From: an uncultured Anaerolineales bacterium
GTDB lineage: Bacteria > Chloroflexota > Anaerolineae > CAZYHC01
Assembly (NCBI GenBank): GCA_964646625.1
Contig: CAZYHC010000009.1
Coordinates: 48,958-112,957, forward strand
DNA: 64,000 bases
Direction: 5' to 3'
Position numbers and translations under genes: made by a program. This document shows positions 62,427-64,000 of the stretch, piece by piece. Position 1 is the first letter of the stretch. Each line of letters begins with the position of its first letter. The notes beneath the pieces were generated by a model. It worked only from the letters and a program-made list of their open reading frames with translations. It made no database searches and was not told the DNA's origin.

Positions 62427-63026
62427 TCAGCCGAAAAGCTCCCTCTCGACCAGATAGCATATAATGTGCCAGGCGGTGATGTGGGCCTCCTGGATGCGCG
62501 CCGTCCGATCAGAAGGGGCGCAGTAGCAGAGGTCCACCGCGTCCTTAAGCGGGCCGCCCGCCCGGCCTGTAAAGCCTACAGTCACCGCTCCCTTCTCCCT
62601 GGCCGCCTCCAGGCCCTTCAGCACGTTGGCCGAGCGGCCACTGGTGCTGAGGCCGATAGCCACATCTCCTGCTTCGACCAGAGCCTCGACCTGGCGGGCA
62701 AAAATGCGCTCGAAACTGTAGTCGTTTCCGACGGCCGTGAGCATGGAGGTGTCGGTGGTGAGGGCCATGACGGGCAGGGCCTTTCTCTCCATTTCAAATC
62801 GATTGACCAGTTCGGTGGCCACGTGCTGAGCGTCGGCGGCGCTGCCCCCATTGCCAAAGATGACCGCCTTCCTGCCCGCTCTTAAAGTTCTGCTCAACAA
62901 TCGGGCCAGGTCCGCGATAAGCGGCACGTCCTGGCTCAGCATCTCTTCTTTGACGGCGATGGCCTCCCGCAACTGGCGTGCGATTTCCTGGCTGAAGTCC
63001 ATAAAATTTTTCGGCGTGGCAGCCAT
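62427..63026 (-). CDS. gmhA: SIS-domain phosphoheptose isomerase
   Basis: VIFGNGGSAADAQHVATEL and GLSTSGRSANV motifs. The ORF-track N-terminal extension to 63500 was rejected. The start could be 63026 or 63002. Confidence 0.75.
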   Translation of the reverse strand: MAATPKNFMDFSQEIARQLREAIAVKEEMLSQDVPLIADLARLLSRTLRAGRKAVIFGNGGSAADAQHVATELVNRFEMERKALPVMALTTDTSMLTAVGNDYSFERIFARQVEALVEAGDVAIGLSTSGRSANVLKGLEAAREKGAVTVGFTGRAGGPLKDAVDLCYCAPSDRTARIQEAHITAWHIICYLVERELFG

Positions 63027-63102
63027 CCGCTGCACCAGCCCTCGGCAGATGGCGGCTAGACTGTAAACGCCGGTCGCGCGCTCGGCGACAACCCCCTTTC
63101 GC

Positions 63103-63131
63103 TTGCAAAATTCACACCTAGATGCTATAAT
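63103..63131 (+). promoter_or_regulatory. Extended -10 promoter for the GT2 gene
   Basis: TTGCAA (63103-63108), a 17-nt spacer ending in TGC, then TATAAT (63126-63131). Confidence 0.55.
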
Positions 63132-63144
63132 GTTCTCCAAGTCG

Positions 63145-63173
63145 ATTATATCACTTTGCCTGGAAGGGGTCAA
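63145..63173 (-). promoter_or_regulatory. Extended -10 promoter for the gmhA operon
   Basis: Minus strand: TTGACC (63173-63168), a 17-nt spacer ending in TGA, then TATAAT (63150-63145). Confidence 0.55.
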
Positions 63174-63231
63174 GACTCGTTGCATTGGTTGCGCAAATCC
63201 ATCTTGTGAGACTGGAAGCCAGGGACTAGCT

Positions 63232-64000
63232 GTGAAACACGGTTTGGGGTTGATCAGCATCGTCGTGCCGGTGTATAACGAACAGCAGGCCATCGGCCAT
63301 GATCTGGACCTGATCGGGGAGACGATGGAGGCCAGCGGATATGAGTACGAGATCATCGTGGTAGACGACGGCTCAACCGACCGCACAGCAGAGATCGCCG
63401 CGAGCAAGGAGGTGTGCCTGATCCAACACCCTGTCAATCGCGGTTCGGGCGCCTCGCGGCGGACGGGCATCCTGGAGGCCAAAGGTGAAATCGTGGTCAT
63501 GGCCGACGGCGATGGCAGCTATCCTGTCCAGGACATCCCTCGCCTGTTGGAGCATTTCCCTGTCTACGATCAGGTGGTCGGAGCCCGCACCAGCGAACAG
63601 GGGAGGTGGCCCCTCTTCCGTGTTCCGGCCAAATGGTTTATCCGCAAGCTGGCCTGTTACCTGACCGGCATGGATATACCGGACCTGAACTCCGGGCTCA
63701 GGGCCTTCAAAAAAGAGGTCATGCTTAAGTTCCTGTACCTTATCCCCGATGGCTTTTCCTGCGTGACGACCATAACCCTGGCCTTTCTGTGCAACGGTTA
63801 CACTGTAAAATACGTGCCCATCGATTATTACCAACGGGTGGGGTCCTCAAAATTTCATCCCGTCAGGGATACCTACAACTACCTGCTCACCGTGGTGCGC
63901 ATGGTGATGTATTTCAACCCGCTTAAGGTCTTCCTGCCCATCAGTCTGCTCCTTCTATTCGTGGGCTCGCTCAAGATCGTCTACGACATCTTCGCCTATG
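63232..64000 (+). CDS. GT2 family glycosyltransferase (GtrB/ArnC-like), 3' end off window
   Basis: Absent from the ORF track because no stop lies in the window. My own translation reads VKHGLGLISIVVPVYNEQQ...IIVVDDGSTDRT...VMADGDGSYP, and a C-terminal TM begins at the end. The GTG start is tentative. Confidence 0.8.
   Translation, partial: MKHGLGLISIVVPVYNEQQAIGHDLDLIGETMEASGYEYEIIVVDDGSTDRTAEIAASKEVCLIQHPVNRGSGASRRTGILEAKGEIVVMADGDGSYPVQDIPRLLEHFPVYDQVVGARTSEQGRWPLFRVPAKWFIRKLACYLTGMDIPDLNSGLRAFKKEVMLKFLYLIPDGFSCVTTITLAFLCNGYTVKYVPIDYYQRVGSSKFHPVRDTYNYLLTVVRMVMYFNPLKVFLPISLLLLFVGSLKIVYDIFAY

Noticed and set aside
62427-63500. The 357-aa version of the SIS-domain ORF, and ORF 63373..63834 on the minus strand.
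   Set aside because: The N-terminal extension crosses the divergent promoter region and overlaps the clearly coding GT2 gene on the plus strand (ISIVVPVYNE..., VVDDGSTD). The SIS domain is complete from about 63026.

Overview
High-GC bacterial chromosomal segment. Hand counts of 60-nt samples give about 72% G+C in core genes and 35-50% in four small islands. Genes are densely packed, mostly on the + strand, and often translationally coupled. The gene content and toxin-antitoxin (TA) family repertoire suggest a Chloroflexota-like organism, but that is inference only. All family calls rest on motifs I could read in the translations; no searches were run.

Contents in order:
- (a) A 5'-truncated ABC-type ATPase plus a small Toprim-like protein, which is a candidate defence pair.
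- (b) A GntR-headed, roughly 13-gene oxidoreductase-rich sugar catabolic operon with a CUT1 ABC importer.
- (c) An IclR regulator, an aldehyde dehydrogenase and a ribose-type (CUT2) ABC importer.
- (d) Two further CUT1 sugar importers. Each has a URO-D/MtaA-like methyltransferase homologue, and one lies next to a B12 corrinoid protein and an MFS transporter.
- (e) An aldo/keto reductase and kdgK.
- (f) An Arn-like glycosylation module: GT-C membrane protein, DegT aminotransferase, GT2, cupin, two SAM methyltransferases and an unknown protein.
- (g) A minus-strand cluster of PD40/TPR and membrane proteins.
- (h) alaS, then a low-GC island carrying an orphan antitoxin and an unusual Ser/Thr kinase, then an FtsA-like protein, a membrane protein, ruvX, mltG and acpP.
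- (i) A gmhA / DHS-like / polyferredoxin operon, divergent from a GT2 gene that runs off the 3' edge.

No rRNA, tRNA, CRISPR array or transposase was seen.

Non-genic structure:
- Two dispersed REP-like repeat families.
- A 31-nt element shared by the promoters of the two regulator genes.
- Many perfect or near-perfect sigma-70 promoters.
- Several gene remnants that mark rearrangements.
- Four TA-like insertions, two of which sit inside ABC transporter operons.

I cannot point to one unmistakable novel system. The best candidates are the corrinoid/URO-D genes embedded in the sugar-uptake loci, the ATPase+Toprim pair, the glycosylation module and the kinase island.
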